From contig OW569390.1 in assembly GCA_937625935.1 (NCBI GenBank), positions 62,001 through 126,000 on the forward strand: a stretch of 64,000 bases of DNA. The letters run 5' to 3'. This DNA is from Tetramitus jugosus (Eukaryota > Protista > Heterolobosea). Positions within the stretch are counted from its first letter, which is position 1, and each line of letters starts with the position of its first letter. The translations under genes and the position numbers were made by a program. The notes under the pieces are model-generated. The model was not told where the DNA came from, ran no database searches, and saw only the letters and a program-made list of their open reading frames with translations. This document shows positions 21,667 to 33,261 of this stretch, one piece after another.

Positions 21667-24264
21667 TCAAAATCTCAGCTCAAAGTGTGTGAACATGTCC
21701 CAATCAGATAAGCGATTATTAAAATCACTTCTGTCCTTAAATGGTGCCTTCTTGCGTTCTTCAATGATACGATCAGCGAATTCTGAACTTTTGAAGTATT
21801 TCTTCAACATAAGATGGTCAAATTCGTTCACAAAAACAATTGAACTTCCAGCAGCAAATGATAGTCTGAAAGAAATGTGCACACCATATGTCCAAATAAA
21901 ATTACCTTTGTGGATAATCACTAGATTATCAGGTAATTGTTCTGGATCAGAAGGCACATCCTGCAAGGAACGTCCTGTGGATATAACTGTTACTATCTTG
22001 ATGCCTAACTGCTTTGCAGTCTCTTCATTCTTGTCTATCTCATCCGTTATTACTTCATATGAAAGAGTTTCTTTGCCATCGAGAGACCACTTGCAAGGAT
22101 AGCCTAAAATACAATTAGGCAAAGGAGTAAACACATCTGCAAAAGATGCATTAGCAGCATTCAACAGATTAAATGCCCTCTCCCCAGTCGCTCTCCATGA
22201 GAAAGAGTCATTGTATCGGTCGTTCCATTGGTTTTTCTGAAGAACAGAAGCATTTGATTGAACCTGATGTTGCAAATCCTTGTTCATGATACAATCCGGT
22301 AAATCGAGTGGTCTGCTCCGTGTTCTGCTTGACATGTAACCGAATGGATAAAGATCATGAACATAAATTGGTCCAAAGTGTTTCTTAGTGGCACATACTA
22401 AATCAAGCCGCATTGTTTCATAATGCCACATAAACTTTTCCCAATCTCTCCAATCTATTCTGTCCTCTTTCTTATTGTTGTATTTAAACACATACTCAAA
22501 AGATCGCCTTAAGTAAGGTCGACATGAACTGGCCAGCCATGATTCCAAAAGAGGTGTTGACGTTGTGATATAACACTGATTTTCATTCAACCATAACAGG
22601 TGAATCATTCCAATCTTTTCTAGATATTCCACAGAGATTCCAGAAGGTAGTGTTGTTCTTGCTTTAAGTAACCTTGGCGTCAATATCGTAGCACAAAGAA
22701 ACAATATGTCTTCTGGGGCCATATTAGATTTGTTATACATATTATTAACAGTCCCTTTCACCTCATCATACACAGCAACGAATGTAGTCAAATCAAACAT
22801 CGAGCTCAGATCCATATTAACACAAGCACGCAAATAGAACTCGATAGCTCTAGGGTATCCATTCACCCTTCTTAGCTGAGATCTAAATGCTGCATTTGTT
22901 CTCCAGAAAGTCCAATTCGTATATTGTTGCACCAAGTGATCCATCAATTCATTCGTAGCATCTTCATTCAACACTGGACGTAAGTGAATATGGATTCTGA
23001 CATACGAGCTCCCTAATACTGCTGATTCTATCAATGTACGAGCGGTACCAGCCATGATAGGGAGAAGGGTAATCCTGGTCTTGTGTGGATCTTGCATAAT
23101 TCTGCCGAGTTCACTACACAACCTTGTCAGATTATGTTCATCTAGTATTTGTACTTCATCTATTGCCAGAAACAAATTGATACGTTCGGTGTCTGGTATG
23201 TTCAAGCGATGTTTGTAGAATTGTACCACCATTTCCAAAGTCAGATTACGTAAGTCAAACTCCTCAGATAGAATGCGAATAAAGTATTCCAATGTTTTTG
23301 GCACCTTCAGAATCTGAAACAGAAATCGTAGGTATACCATTTGCACTAATGTCATTTGATGAGAATCCAGAAGAGATGCCTCTACATCTGTCTTTGCAGT
23401 GCCATTACCAATTGTTACTGCAACAGCGTGGGTGTGACCATCAACCTTAAAGCCCTGAGCAACAAGACCTTGCAAATGGTGCATCAACAATTTTGATTTG
23501 CCTGATCCAGGAGCTGCTGCTATATAGGGTATTGGTATTTCTGTTTTATCTATCTGTTTTTTAGAATTCAAAGACCATTCTAACGACTGTAGGTACGTGT
23601 TGTAACTAGTAATCAGTGTCCTGAAAACATCCTCTCGATTGATTAATGGAAAACTCTCACCAAAGCTAGTCATTATTGTGGTTGGCTTAGAATTTAGCTC
23701 ATATCGTTGACAAAATTGGAGCAAATCTGTCAATGTAATATCCTTTTTACCATGAGTTACTGGAATTGCTTTGTGTTCAGATATTCGAACAATCCTGTTC
23801 ACTATATCAGTTCGATCATCAATGTCAGGTATCTTTTCGAGCAAATACTTGTCTAGTCTATCAATCGAAACTTGTGCTGTTTCCACAAGACGTTTTCCTG
23901 TGACTTTTCCAATATCATGATACTTTGAAAAGTTATCATCGTTCTCTTCTCCAATAATCTTCAACCATTTCAGTACGTCCTCTTTGGTATATTTAATAAA
24001 ATCTTCGTATGATGGATTTGCTGTTACTGTTGTTGAAGCTGCTATTGATGATTTGTCAGTACGTAATGGATTGGTTCGTACAACTTGATCCGTTGCTTGA
24101 TGATTTGTGTGTTGTTGTTGTTGTTCAACGTTCGTCATCACATTGTCGACGTTTAATTCTTGTTGCTCGTCCAAACGTCGTCTCTGGGAATCAGGTGTTT
24201 CATTCTCGCCGCCGATGGAGTGCCTAAATTGTGAATAAAGCCTCGTTTTGTGTTCTTGTTGCAT
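21667..24264 (-). CDS. Crinkler/RHS-type (CR) effector-like protein: SAM-like header, P-loop NTPase, restriction-endonuclease-like domain, C-terminal HhH-like tail
   Basis: YTKEDVLKWL...VTGKRL (SAM-like). Walker A AAAPGSGKS, Walker B LFLAIDEVQ, then GYPRAIE, WRDWEKF, NAANASFADVF..YPCK and ADRIIEERKKAPFKD..DF. Intronless. Confidence 0.7.
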   Translation of the reverse strand: MQQEHKTRLYSQFRHSIGGENETPDSQRRRLDEQQELNVDNVMTNVEQQQQHTNHQATDQVVRTNPLRTDKSSIAASTTVTANPSYEDFIKYTKEDVLKWLKIIGEENDDNFSKYHDIGKVTGKRLVETAQVSIDRLDKYLLEKIPDIDDRTDIVNRIVRISEHKAIPVTHGKKDITLTDLLQFCQRYELNSKPTTIMTSFGESFPLINREDVFRTLITSYNTYLQSLEWSLNSKKQIDKTEIPIPYIAAAPGSGKSKLLMHHLQGLVAQGFKVDGHTHAVAVTIGNGTAKTDVEASLLDSHQMTLVQMVYLRFLFQILKVPKTLEYFIRILSEEFDLRNLTLEMVVQFYKHRLNIPDTERINLFLAIDEVQILDEHNLTRLCSELGRIMQDPHKTRITLLPIMAGTARTLIESAVLGSSYVRIHIHLRPVLNEDATNELMDHLVQQYTNWTFWRTNAAFRSQLRRVNGYPRAIEFYLRACVNMDLSSMFDLTTFVAVYDEVKGTVNNMYNKSNMAPEDILFLCATILTPRLLKARTTLPSGISVEYLEKIGMIHLLWLNENQCYITTSTPLLESWLASSCRPYLRRSFEYVFKYNNKKEDRIDWRDWEKFMWHYETMRLDLVCATKKHFGPIYVHDLYPFGYMSSRTRSRPLDLPDCIMNKDLQHQVQSNASVLQKNQWNDRYNDSFSWRATGERAFNLLNAANASFADVFTPLPNCILGYPCKWSLDGKETLSYEVITDEIDKNEETAKQLGIKIVTVISTGRSLQDVPSDPEQLPDNLVIIHKGNFIWTYGVHISFRLSFAAGSSIVFVNEFDHLMLKKYFKSSEFADRIIEERKKAPFKDRSDFNNRLSDWDMFTHFELRF

Positions 24265-24477
24265 TGTTTTGAGAGAGCACCTTCGTATTCGACTTGCACA
24301 CTGTAGTTAGTACTGTTCATGGGATATGCCAGCTAATTATTGATTTTTTTTGATTGAAGGTTCAATAGTTCGAGCAAACTCTCGAATCACAAAAAAAAAG
24401 CGACAGCATGAGATATCATGAAGAAAATGACTGTCATTGCTTCAAAATAATTTTTGTTTCTCACAACAACAACAACA

Positions 24478-26184
24478 ATGAAGAAACATCTCTCCAATGA
24501 ATGGAAGGGTACTCTACCTGAACTACCAATGGTCGCTGTTGACTGCTTCAAACATTTGACTTTTTCTCATCAAAAAAATAACAATCATAGCAATCGTAGC
24601 AATCATCATCATCACGGTCACATTGAATGTTATTTTTTATCTCATGCTCACTCTGATCACTTTCCAGGTCTCACCAACGACTTTTACAATTGTACCAACA
24701 CCAACAGTAGTAGTAGTCATCAATATCATCCATCTGATTGTTCAACGTTGGATGTGTTGGATGTGTTGAATGATGGTCAACCACCCATTTATTGCTCCTT
24801 TCTCACTCGAAAACTCCTCCTTTCTAAATTTCCGAATCTCCCGCCAACAAAAATTATTCCGCTCGATGTACAGCACTTCCAGAAAAAAGTGGAAGCTGAA
24901 GCTCACGAAACATCGCATCAAATTTCACTGAGTGGAAACAGAATTTTGCATGTGACGTTGCTCAATGCCAATCATTGTCCAGGTTCTGTCATGTTTCTCT
25001 TCCAATCCCCTCAAATGACTCAAACTGTGCTCTATACAGGTGATTTTCGTTTTGAATCATCGTATTATGACTTTTCTTCTTTGTCATCTCAGCAATTGCT
25101 GAGAGAAAAAGCTTATGATGCCAACAATGAAAAACAAAAAAATTTGTTGCTGTTTCAGTACTTGAAACGTGCCAAAATTGATCGCATTTATTTGGATGCG
25201 ACGTTTTGTGATCCTGATTTCTTTGGTCAATTTCCGACACGTTGGGAATCCATTCAGCAAATTATTGCGTTGATTACAAGGGAACGTAGTAGTGGTAGGA
25301 GTGGTGCAACTCTACCACCTGTTTATTTAACGTTGGAGATTTTGGGAACGGAGCCAATGATCATTGCTATTGCAAAGGCATTTCGTGTCAAGGTGTATAT
25401 CGATCATCGGAACTTGAGAAAGAATCGGTGTCGTGAAATGGGTGCAATGGAGTTTCTGGAGCCTTACATTACAACGGACAAGTCAACCACGTGGTTGAGA
25501 ATTGTGTCATTTGATGCACTCAAGGCAATGTATGAACTATTGAAGGATGAGAGTGATAGGCCTGTTTTCATTCGTGCAACGACCATGTGGATCAGACAAT
25601 TGTACCAGAAATCGATGGGTGTTTCCATGGTGCCCAGTCATGAAGCAACTCCAAAGTTGGTGAATGGCATATGGCACGTGCTGTTCTCGATTCATTGCTC
25701 ATTTGGAGAAATGAGTCAATTTGTTCGAGAAATTGTGCCGGATGATGGTCGATCGATGCCCAGTATTGTAGCACTGTGTGCCGATATAGCATCCATTCAG
25801 AAGAGTAAGGACATTGCTTGCCACTTTACTCCTAGTAAGTTAAAAGAGTGGGATTTGTTGTCGCGGAAGCATAATGCAGCCCGATCATCACCAACAAAGT
25901 GTGGCAATCTAGGATCACAATATGACTTTGCCTTTATGGAAGAGTGCTGCTTTGAGGGCGAGTCATCCAATCGTAGAAACACTACCGGTTCACTTTCCTT
26001 GGATGTCACTGTGGAATACACTTCGCCATCTAGTGAAAGAAACATCAAGAAACAGAACGACGAATGTGACTACGATCCAGACAATCTATTCTCATTGTTA
26101 GGAGGTCAGCAGCAACAGAGCAGTCGGTCAAAGCGCAACAGACCCGCCACGTGTGATAATGTTGTAAAGCGAACAAGAAATTAA
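24478..26184 (+). CDS. DCLRE1C: SNM1-family metallo-beta-lactamase/beta-CASP nuclease, Artemis-like
   Basis: Motifs YFLSHAHSDH, NANHCPGSVMFLF, LYTGDFR, IYLDATFCDP..FPTR.E and FSIHCSF.E. The N-terminal GTLPELPMVAVDCF resembles Artemis more than SNM1A. Confidence 0.75.
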   Translation: MKKHLSNEWKGTLPELPMVAVDCFKHLTFSHQKNNNHSNRSNHHHHGHIECYFLSHAHSDHFPGLTNDFYNCTNTNSSSSHQYHPSDCSTLDVLDVLNDGQPPIYCSFLTRKLLLSKFPNLPPTKIIPLDVQHFQKKVEAEAHETSHQISLSGNRILHVTLLNANHCPGSVMFLFQSPQMTQTVLYTGDFRFESSYYDFSSLSSQQLLREKAYDANNEKQKNLLLFQYLKRAKIDRIYLDATFCDPDFFGQFPTRWESIQQIIALITRERSSGRSGATLPPVYLTLEILGTEPMIIAIAKAFRVKVYIDHRNLRKNRCREMGAMEFLEPYITTDKSTTWLRIVSFDALKAMYELLKDESDRPVFIRATTMWIRQLYQKSMGVSMVPSHEATPKLVNGIWHVLFSIHCSFGEMSQFVREIVPDDGRSMPSIVALCADIASIQKSKDIACHFTPSKLKEWDLLSRKHNAARSSPTKCGNLGSQYDFAFMEECCFEGESSNRRNTTGSLSLDVTVEYTSPSSERNIKKQNDECDYDPDNLFSLLGGQQQQSSRSKRNRPATCDNVVKRTRN

Positions 26185-26294
26185 ACACAGTTTTGAATCT
26201 AGGTAAATACTAAATGAAATTATTGTTATTGTTATTGTTATTATTATTAAAAGCCTGCATGTCAAACAGAACGAATTTTGTTGGATTTCGTTGT

Positions 26295-27777
26295 TTACAT
26301 CGGCGTGTAACCAGAGCTGTGCTCGTCATCATCCAACTGAGCAGCTTCATTCTGGTAGTACATGTAATCGTCAATGATGGCACCCTTCTTGTTGGACACT
26401 GCCTGATCACCAGCAGATTGATATCCACTGTTCACAACAGCGTCCACTCCACCATATGGTGTGCCATCGTTGACTGACCGAGCATCGTCTTCTTCTTGAC
26501 TGCCCTTCTTCCTGAACAAGCCCATAATCTTTGATCCGAGGTTTGGCAAACTGACCAGTGCAATACCACCGCACACCAGAACAGCACCCATAATCTCAAT
26601 CAAAATGTAGTACCATGGTACACCTTTCCACTCGCGCAAAAAGATGGCTCCTTCAGCAACACCAAACACTGGCAACAAATATCCCACCATACTCTGCTTG
26701 ACACTACCCACTGTTCGAATCAAATAAAAGTAGCACAGATAGGCAATAAAGGTCGAACAAATGGCCAAGTAGGCAATACTGACCCAAGACATCCAATCCG
26801 CATGCTTAAAGTATCTCAAGTGACTCTTTTCGAACCCGACATCAACCACGAGCCAAACAACCAACATTTGCAACGCACTTCCCACTACTTGTCCTGCAGC
26901 CGTAAACAAACTCGGAACATCCTTCAAATACTTTTTAGCAAACACAGAAGCAACACCATACGATGCCGCAGCACCCGTCACCATAATATACCCTGCAAAA
27001 TCAGCAAACTTGAGTGCACCGCCACCACGAATCACTTGTTCACAACAGACGAGAATGACACCACCGAATCCAATGCCCAATCCCAACAATTTCATAATTG
27101 TGATCCTTTCTGCCCCTCCCAATGCAAAATGTGCAAAAATGATGCAAAACAGTGGAATACTACTGTCGAGGATACTGGCAATTCCACTGTTGACTTGTTG
27201 TTCAGCAATACCGACCAATGTGAACGGAATAGAGTTGTTAAAGAAACCCATGATGAACATTTTGATCAGTGTACCAGTGGTTCGTGTCTTTTGAATCTGT
27301 CGAACCAATTCTCGATCTCTTAAACAGGCAATGAACAATAGTCCGACCATGAAAATGGAGCCAATGATGAGTCGGAGAAATACGACTGCGATGGGAGTGA
27401 AACCAGTCTTTGGGTCAACAGCTACTTTAACTATATATATAAATATAACAATACGTGTGTGGTTAGTTTTTGTTGTATAAAAAAATTGTAAAAATTGCAT
27501 TTTGTTGTTTGAAGTCGGAGACGGAGTAATATAAAAGAGGAGAAATTGAAGAACTTGAATGACACATACTGAATGAGAAGGCAGAACCCCAGATACCACC
27601 CAACAGAATGAAAGCAATCATACTGGAGAGTGTACAATTCAAGTTTTGTTGTTGAATTTGTGGTTGTTGGTTGCCCTTGAGCTCTTGAATGAGAGAAGCT
27701 GCTTCATGTTCTGCCTCCTCGTTTCCAAAGCTTCGTTCGTACGAAGAAGAATGATTCTGTAATTTATCAACAGACAT
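26295..27777 (-). CDS. EamA/DMT drug-metabolite transporter; intron 27431-27569
   Basis: Motifs LGGIWGSAFSF|IKVA, RLIIG, NNSIPF.L...AEQ.VNSG.ASIL and STFIAYLCYF.LI..VG...YLLPVFGV. About 10 TM helices. Confidence 0.9.
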
Positions 27778-28168
27778 ATGGTTGTTTCTATTCTGGAAAA
27801 TGTGTTTTTTTGTGCGTGTGAAGAGAGATATGCTTTCTTTCTTTTTGTTGTCTGTTGATATGTTTTCTCCGTGTGTCAATTCAATCGAGAGTTCTGGTGT
27901 CGCGTGTTGACTGTCGACTCCAAAGCAAAACTGAAAACGTGTGGTAAAGTGTTTTGTGTCACCCCCACCATTAGATGCCTGCCCGATTTCTCCTAATTCT
28001 TTCCAAGACGGAGATCCGGAGTCATGGCCAACAATTCGATTGATCCTGGCACCGTCAAAAGAAACTACGGATTTTTGGCGGGAGGGCAACCGAAAGAAGA
28101 ATTGGTCGTTACATTGGAAGCTATTGTTATCAGAAAATTTGTGTTTGTGCTGTGGGAAGATTGGAGTC

Positions 28169-30181
28169 ATGTCACAAGGAAATGGTCTTCTGAATGGCAT
28201 CGTGAATTTCGCTTCTGCTGCTAACAATGCTCAATTGGTTCACTTTTCGAGTGAAACCATTGGTTTTCCATGCGAGCATATCCTTGTTGATGACCAGAAC
28301 AATCAAATTTGGATATCAGAGTCGAAGCTTCCTCAAAGTGTGATTATCAAGGTGGATCAGACGATTGAGAGTCACAAGAGTATCTGCTTGGCCGGTTGGT
28401 TCTGCCACAAGAAGTACATTTTCAATCCAAGAATTGTCAAGTTGTATGTTTCAAAAACGTTCAATCCAAAGAGTAATGATAGCTCGAAAGAAGCTGGTAG
28501 TATAGGCGATGAGTTTATACATTGGGCCACGATGACTGCTGAAGACGTATGTCACATATGACTCATTGAAGAACTTTTCTTCAATTTTATCTAACATTCT
28601 TGTTTGACCTCATAGTTGATAGGGACACACTTTTTCAAGTTGAAGCACATACCCAACGAATACTGTTATTTTAAGTTTGAATTTGTGGAAACTTTTGGTG
28701 GTACACGATTGTACATGAACAAGTTGTATCTGTTGAAGGACTATCCAGACTTTTCGAACAATCAGTCAAAAGAAGATTACCTTCTAAAAACACCACAATA
28801 CAATGTAGATTTAAGTAGTTTGCCAGTGACGAAAAAGCCAATAGAATCTTCGTCATCAGCAAAAGTGATGGCCGCCACAAAGCAGTTGTTCACAGGGAAT
28901 GATAGTACTCTTAATCATGATGTTCAGACACCATTAAGTGTAAAAAGTAGAGTAAGATTCGATAGACGGTTTCGAGAAGCTGAAGACGTTGTACAGAGAT
29001 CCATTAATCGGGATTGGATGCGATCTAGGCCGAATTTAATCGCTCCGAGTCCTGCTCCTTCCCTCTTACTAGATCCAAACTACTCCATGTTGTCCAACAA
29101 TGAGATCTCAGCCTCTCCATTAGTGTCAATGTCTTTCTATGGTATGAGAGGAAATGAATCATTTTCGAATCGTTTGCCTCCAAGGATGTCGAACAAGCCA
29201 CCTGATATTCGTCACCCACAAACCATGGTATCGGACCTATCTGCCATTCATAAACCCAATCAGATGTCTCCCTCCAAAACCAAAGTAACCATATCTCCAT
29301 CAAAAGTCCAACCTGAACCAATCAAACATCGAGATCCACCCATTGATGATAGATCCTCCGGATTACAAGAAACAAAGGTAGTAATGCAATCCACTGTCTC
29401 GGATATTAGGAATCTGGAGACAAAGCTAGAAAGTTTGAGTGCCAGTATTGCAGCTAGTAAGTTTCCAACATCAGAGTCATCTGAGAGTCAATTTTCGACC
29501 ATGATGGAAGGAGTACGAGAGTGTCTCCAGCGGACGAAAGATATCCAATTCCAAATAAGTCAAGTATCTGACAGAGTACGAATGTTGGAAGAAACAAATA
29601 TTATTCCCACGTTGGACAATCAAAGGAACTTAGGATTTGAGTTGAGGAGAGACATGGAAGTATTTAAAGAGGGATTTGACGAGAAAATGACCCAGAAACT
29701 GAAAAAGACAATGGAGAGGGTCGAAGAGAAACTGAGCAAGGCAATCGAAGCCCACGTAGTGAAACTGATGGAAGACAGAATGAAGATGATTCAAAAAGAT
29801 TTAACATTTCAAGTATCTGAAACTCTTGATAGAGTCAGACTCATACATCCAGATAACAAGAAAATCGAGGAATACAACTCAAAGGTAAAGTTTATTAACA
29901 AAAAGTCTGTGGCTGAAAACAATGCACCGAACACCAAGGAGCAATTACTGTATCAGCAACAACAACTATATCCATCAAGTGTGCTACAACAAGAAAGTTC
30001 AGAGTACGTGCGGATATCTGAGCCAAATACTAGCGTAAAAGCCTCCAAGACCATTATGGCAAAATCATCCAGTGCATCAACTGCAAAGTATATTCGCAAC
30101 TTGAAGGAACACATGGATGATCGGTCTAAAAGATTAGATCGCCTCAACCGAGCAATGAAATCCAGTAAACAGGGAGTATAG
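28169..30181 (+). CDS. Hypothetical protein with an N-terminal galactose-binding/discoidin-like beta-sandwich and a C-terminal coiled coil; intron 28547-28615
   Basis: SSE..GFP...IL.....W.SE..LPQ.VII...P..VKLYVS...YFKFEF.ETFGG pattern. A GTATGT...CTAAC...TAG intron joins the two ORFs. Confidence 0.55.
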
Positions 30182-30195
30182 AATATTCTATCTTT

Positions 30196-31464
30196 CTATT
30201 GTGACAGTTGAATCTTACGCAGCCTGATTGCTTCTCTTGACTTTTGCAATTGATCGGATCCTCTTGAATATCCATCAAAGAGAAGTTTCGAAGATTCGGC
30301 ACTTGCATTACCTGAATGCAACCTCTTCCAGTAGTCTTGCATCAAAGAATCAGTATATTCTTTGAACTTGCCCATCAACATAACTTCAAACTCAGTTAAT
30401 TGCAAAACAGTCGTGCATTGCATAATCTCATTAATGTAAGGGATATCAGATGTGGAGTTTGCACCTAACTGTAGCAACAATTGCTGTTGGTGCAAATGTA
30501 TTTGTTGCTGTGTGTAATGAACATGATGATTGTTCACGATATACTGATTCAAAACAACATGTTGAGTCGCTGCTGGATTACCAACGACACCATGTTGAGT
30601 CTGACTCATTGCAGCATTGTTATGATTAGCGACAGTATTCTGGTTATTAACATAACCAACCATCGCATTATTATTACTGTTCTGTGCTTCATTCTTGACT
30701 TGCCCAGACGGCGATGACGAAGTGTGAGGAGCTACAGACGATGAAGCTGATGAAGCAGATGCTCCATTGTGCATGACATTACTTCTATTCTGCAGAACAT
30801 TGTGCAACGATCCATGCTTGTGTAACTGGACATAGAAAGCAGCCACAGCGCACGCAATATTCTGTCTCAGCTCAGCAGTCTCCTCCTTTGAGTACTTTGT
30901 CGCATTCAGATTCTTCACATAATTTCGATATTGATTCAAAACATTGGGAAAAGAAGCAATCTTATTCTGCCAAGCTTGATTCACTTGTCTAAGCTTTTCC
31001 AGAGGCAAAGATTTCAATTGATAAAACAGCAAGAACAAACAGAGAAACTCGACAACCTTCTCTGCAAACTCACCCTTTTTCCACTTGCTATAATTCGATA
31101 AGTGATAGGGAGTTTCCTTGTAATTGACAGACAGTTCATCAATCACCTTTGCAAAGGATTCCTTTCTCATTGTTTTCACGTAGCTTCTCATGCGATCCAA
31201 TGAGAATTCCACAGTCGACTCTGCCAAGAATGGCAATCGATTCATCTCCAACTCGAAAAAGTGTAATGGATTGTCCAGTTGGGTCCACGTTTGTGTCTTG
31301 TACCGATCAGAGTGCTCCTCCACAGGGAACAGATCATTCATTTTGATCACTCTGAGTTGATATTGCACGTCACTCATTGGCTCAGATCCGAACACACTGC
31401 CACTACTCTGACGGTCATGACTATCGTCAACAACATGAACAACACGGTTATTCTCACGTTTCAT
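30196..31464 (-). CDS. Hypothetical protein
   Basis: Long ORF (first ATG 31464) with helical segments and Asn/Gln/Ser-rich linkers. Confidence 0.65.
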   Translation of the reverse strand: MKRENNRVVHVVDDSHDRQSSGSVFGSEPMSDVQYQLRVIKMNDLFPVEEHSDRYKTQTWTQLDNPLHFFELEMNRLPFLAESTVEFSLDRMRSYVKTMRKESFAKVIDELSVNYKETPYHLSNYSKWKKGEFAEKVVEFLCLFLLFYQLKSLPLEKLRQVNQAWQNKIASFPNVLNQYRNYVKNLNATKYSKEETAELRQNIACAVAAFYVQLHKHGSLHNVLQNRSNVMHNGASASSASSSVAPHTSSSPSGQVKNEAQNSNNNAMVGYVNNQNTVANHNNAAMSQTQHGVVGNPAATQHVVLNQYIVNNHHVHYTQQQIHLHQQQLLLQLGANSTSDIPYINEIMQCTTVLQLTEFEVMLMGKFKEYTDSLMQDYWKRLHSGNASAESSKLLFDGYSRGSDQLQKSREAIRLRKIQLSQ

Positions 31465-32004
31465 TTTATTCCTTTCGTCGTGTGTTTGCTCCAAACTTTG
31501 TTTTTTTTGTGTTTCCTTCTTTTTTTTTGTTTACAAAACCCACAATCAAAATTTTGCGCAGAAAGTGACACGTAATTCGTGGTGAAGGAACAGAAAGCAA
31601 GATTGCGAAATCCTTAAGACTGTCCCTACAACCCCAAAAAGGAGGAATATTCGAGTCATAATTTCGCCATAGCTAATCCAGTCATTTCCGTCATAGATGC
31701 GCAGTGTCGTTACGAGTTCAAAGCTCTACCTGTCAGCCTTAATGCCTCTTCATAATTGCGTGGACTGTAGGTTCTGTTGATTGAAGCTGTCCCTGGTGGC
31801 CGCAGAGATCAAGAGAGAAGGTCCAAACTTCGATCAAGGAGTTGTGATGAGGTGGAGGATCTGGCAAGTGGAGTTCGGCAACGGCCAGAAATGATACAAC
31901 CAGGAATTTTAATGCACAAGAATTAGTTCTTGCTTCTACAGCTCTATCATCCAAATAAATGGGATTCCTGTTTCTTAACTGCGCACTTGTTTCTGAAGTG
32001 TCCG

Positions 32005-33261
32005 CTAACTTACAAAATTCTTTAAAGCCAACTCAAAATGGGCAGTTACTCTTCTGACCCACCTGTTTCGTTTTCCCCCATACCAACCGAGTGATTGAAT
32101 ACCCTCCAAGTAAGAAAATGCTTTCTTTGTGATCAATTTTTGATCGCATCCTTGCATGTTAAGTGTTTGAATGCCAATCAAATGAGGAAATGCATTGTCT
32201 GTGATTTGTTTGCAATGGCTCATGTTGAGTGTATGAATTCCAGCCAAATGAATGAATGAACTGTCTGTTATTAGATTGCAGTAACTGATATCAAGTGTGT
32301 GGATGCCAGTTAAGTGAGAAATCGCCTCGTCTGTGAGACTTTCACAACGACTCATATTGAGTGTGTGAATGCCAGACAAATGACGGAATGCATCGTCTGT
32401 GATCTGGGAGCACCCACTTATATTGAGCATGTGAATGCCTTTTAAGTGCTCAATGACCTTGTCTGTGATTTGATTACACGAACTTATATCGAGTGTGCGT
32501 ATACCAGTCAAATGAGAAATGACTTCTTCTGCAATTTGATTGCAGTTACTCATGAAGAGTGTGCGAATGCCAGTCAAATGATGGAGTGAACTGCCTGTGA
32601 TTCGATAGCAGTTACTTATGTCGAGTGTGTGAACGCCAGACAAATGAGAAAGAGCGTGATCTGTGATGCCATAGCAACGATTCATTTGGAGTGTGTGAAT
32701 TCCTGTTAAATGAAAAAGTGCATTGTTTGATATTTGTTTGCAATTGCTCATGTTGAGTGAGTGGATGCCAGTCAAATGACAAAATGCCTCATCTGTAATT
32801 TGATCACAAAAGCTCACATTAAGTGTATGAATGCCAGTCAAGTAAGTAAACGCACTGTCTGTGATGTAACAATCAGACATATCCAATGTGTGAATGCCAG
32901 TCAAATGAACGAACGCATCATCTGTGACTAGATCGCAACCACACATATCGAGTGTGTGAATGCCTACTAAATATTGGAAATGCTCATCCTTCACATGTGG
33001 ATTCTCGCATAAGTTAACATTAAACAGTGTTCCTTTTCCCAACCGAAACAAGTGCTCAATTTCTGTTCCATTCAACTTGCTTATTAGTGATCTCTCTTTG
33101 TTGAACATGAGGGATCGATTGAATTTGAATTGGTTGATTCCTTTGCAAGTGTAACTCAATTGCAACCATTCATGAGTGTCACAAAACTCGATGACGATAG
33201 ACCATGCATCATTGCAGAGTGCAGAACAAATTTCAATCAGTGGATCATTTGTCACACCCAT
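32005..33261 (-). CDS. F-box/leucine-rich-repeat protein
   Basis: F-box-like LCNDAWSIVIEFC..EWLQLSYTCK, followed by about 14 repeats of L.GIHTLDMS.C.QITD.AF.H (~22 aa). Confidence 0.85.
   Translation of the reverse strand: MGVTNDPLIEICSALCNDAWSIVIEFCDTHEWLQLSYTCKGINQFKFNRSLMFNKERSLISKLNGTEIEHLFRLGKGTLFNVNLCENPHVKDEHFQYLVGIHTLDMCGCDLVTDDAFVHLTGIHTLDMSDCYITDSAFTYLTGIHTLNVSFCDQITDEAFCHLTGIHSLNMSNCKQISNNALFHLTGIHTLQMNRCYGITDHALSHLSGVHTLDISNCYRITGSSLHHLTGIRTLFMSNCNQIAEEVISHLTGIRTLDISSCNQITDKVIEHLKGIHMLNISGCSQITDDAFRHLSGIHTLNMSRCESLTDEAISHLTGIHTLDISYCNLITDSSFIHLAGIHTLNMSHCKQITDNAFPHLIGIQTLNMQGCDQKLITKKAFSYLEGIQSLGWYGGKRNRWVRRVTAHFELALKNFVS
32085..32990 (-). repeat. Tandem ~66-bp coding repeats (LRR)
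   Basis: Recurring GTGTGAATGCCAGTCAAATG-like units on the + strand at about 66-bp spacing. Confidence 0.85.

Noticed and set aside
32085-32990. Regular ~66-bp repeats that superficially resemble a CRISPR array
   Set aside because: They are in-frame LRR codons with degenerate units, there are no unique spacers or cas genes, and the context is eukaryotic.
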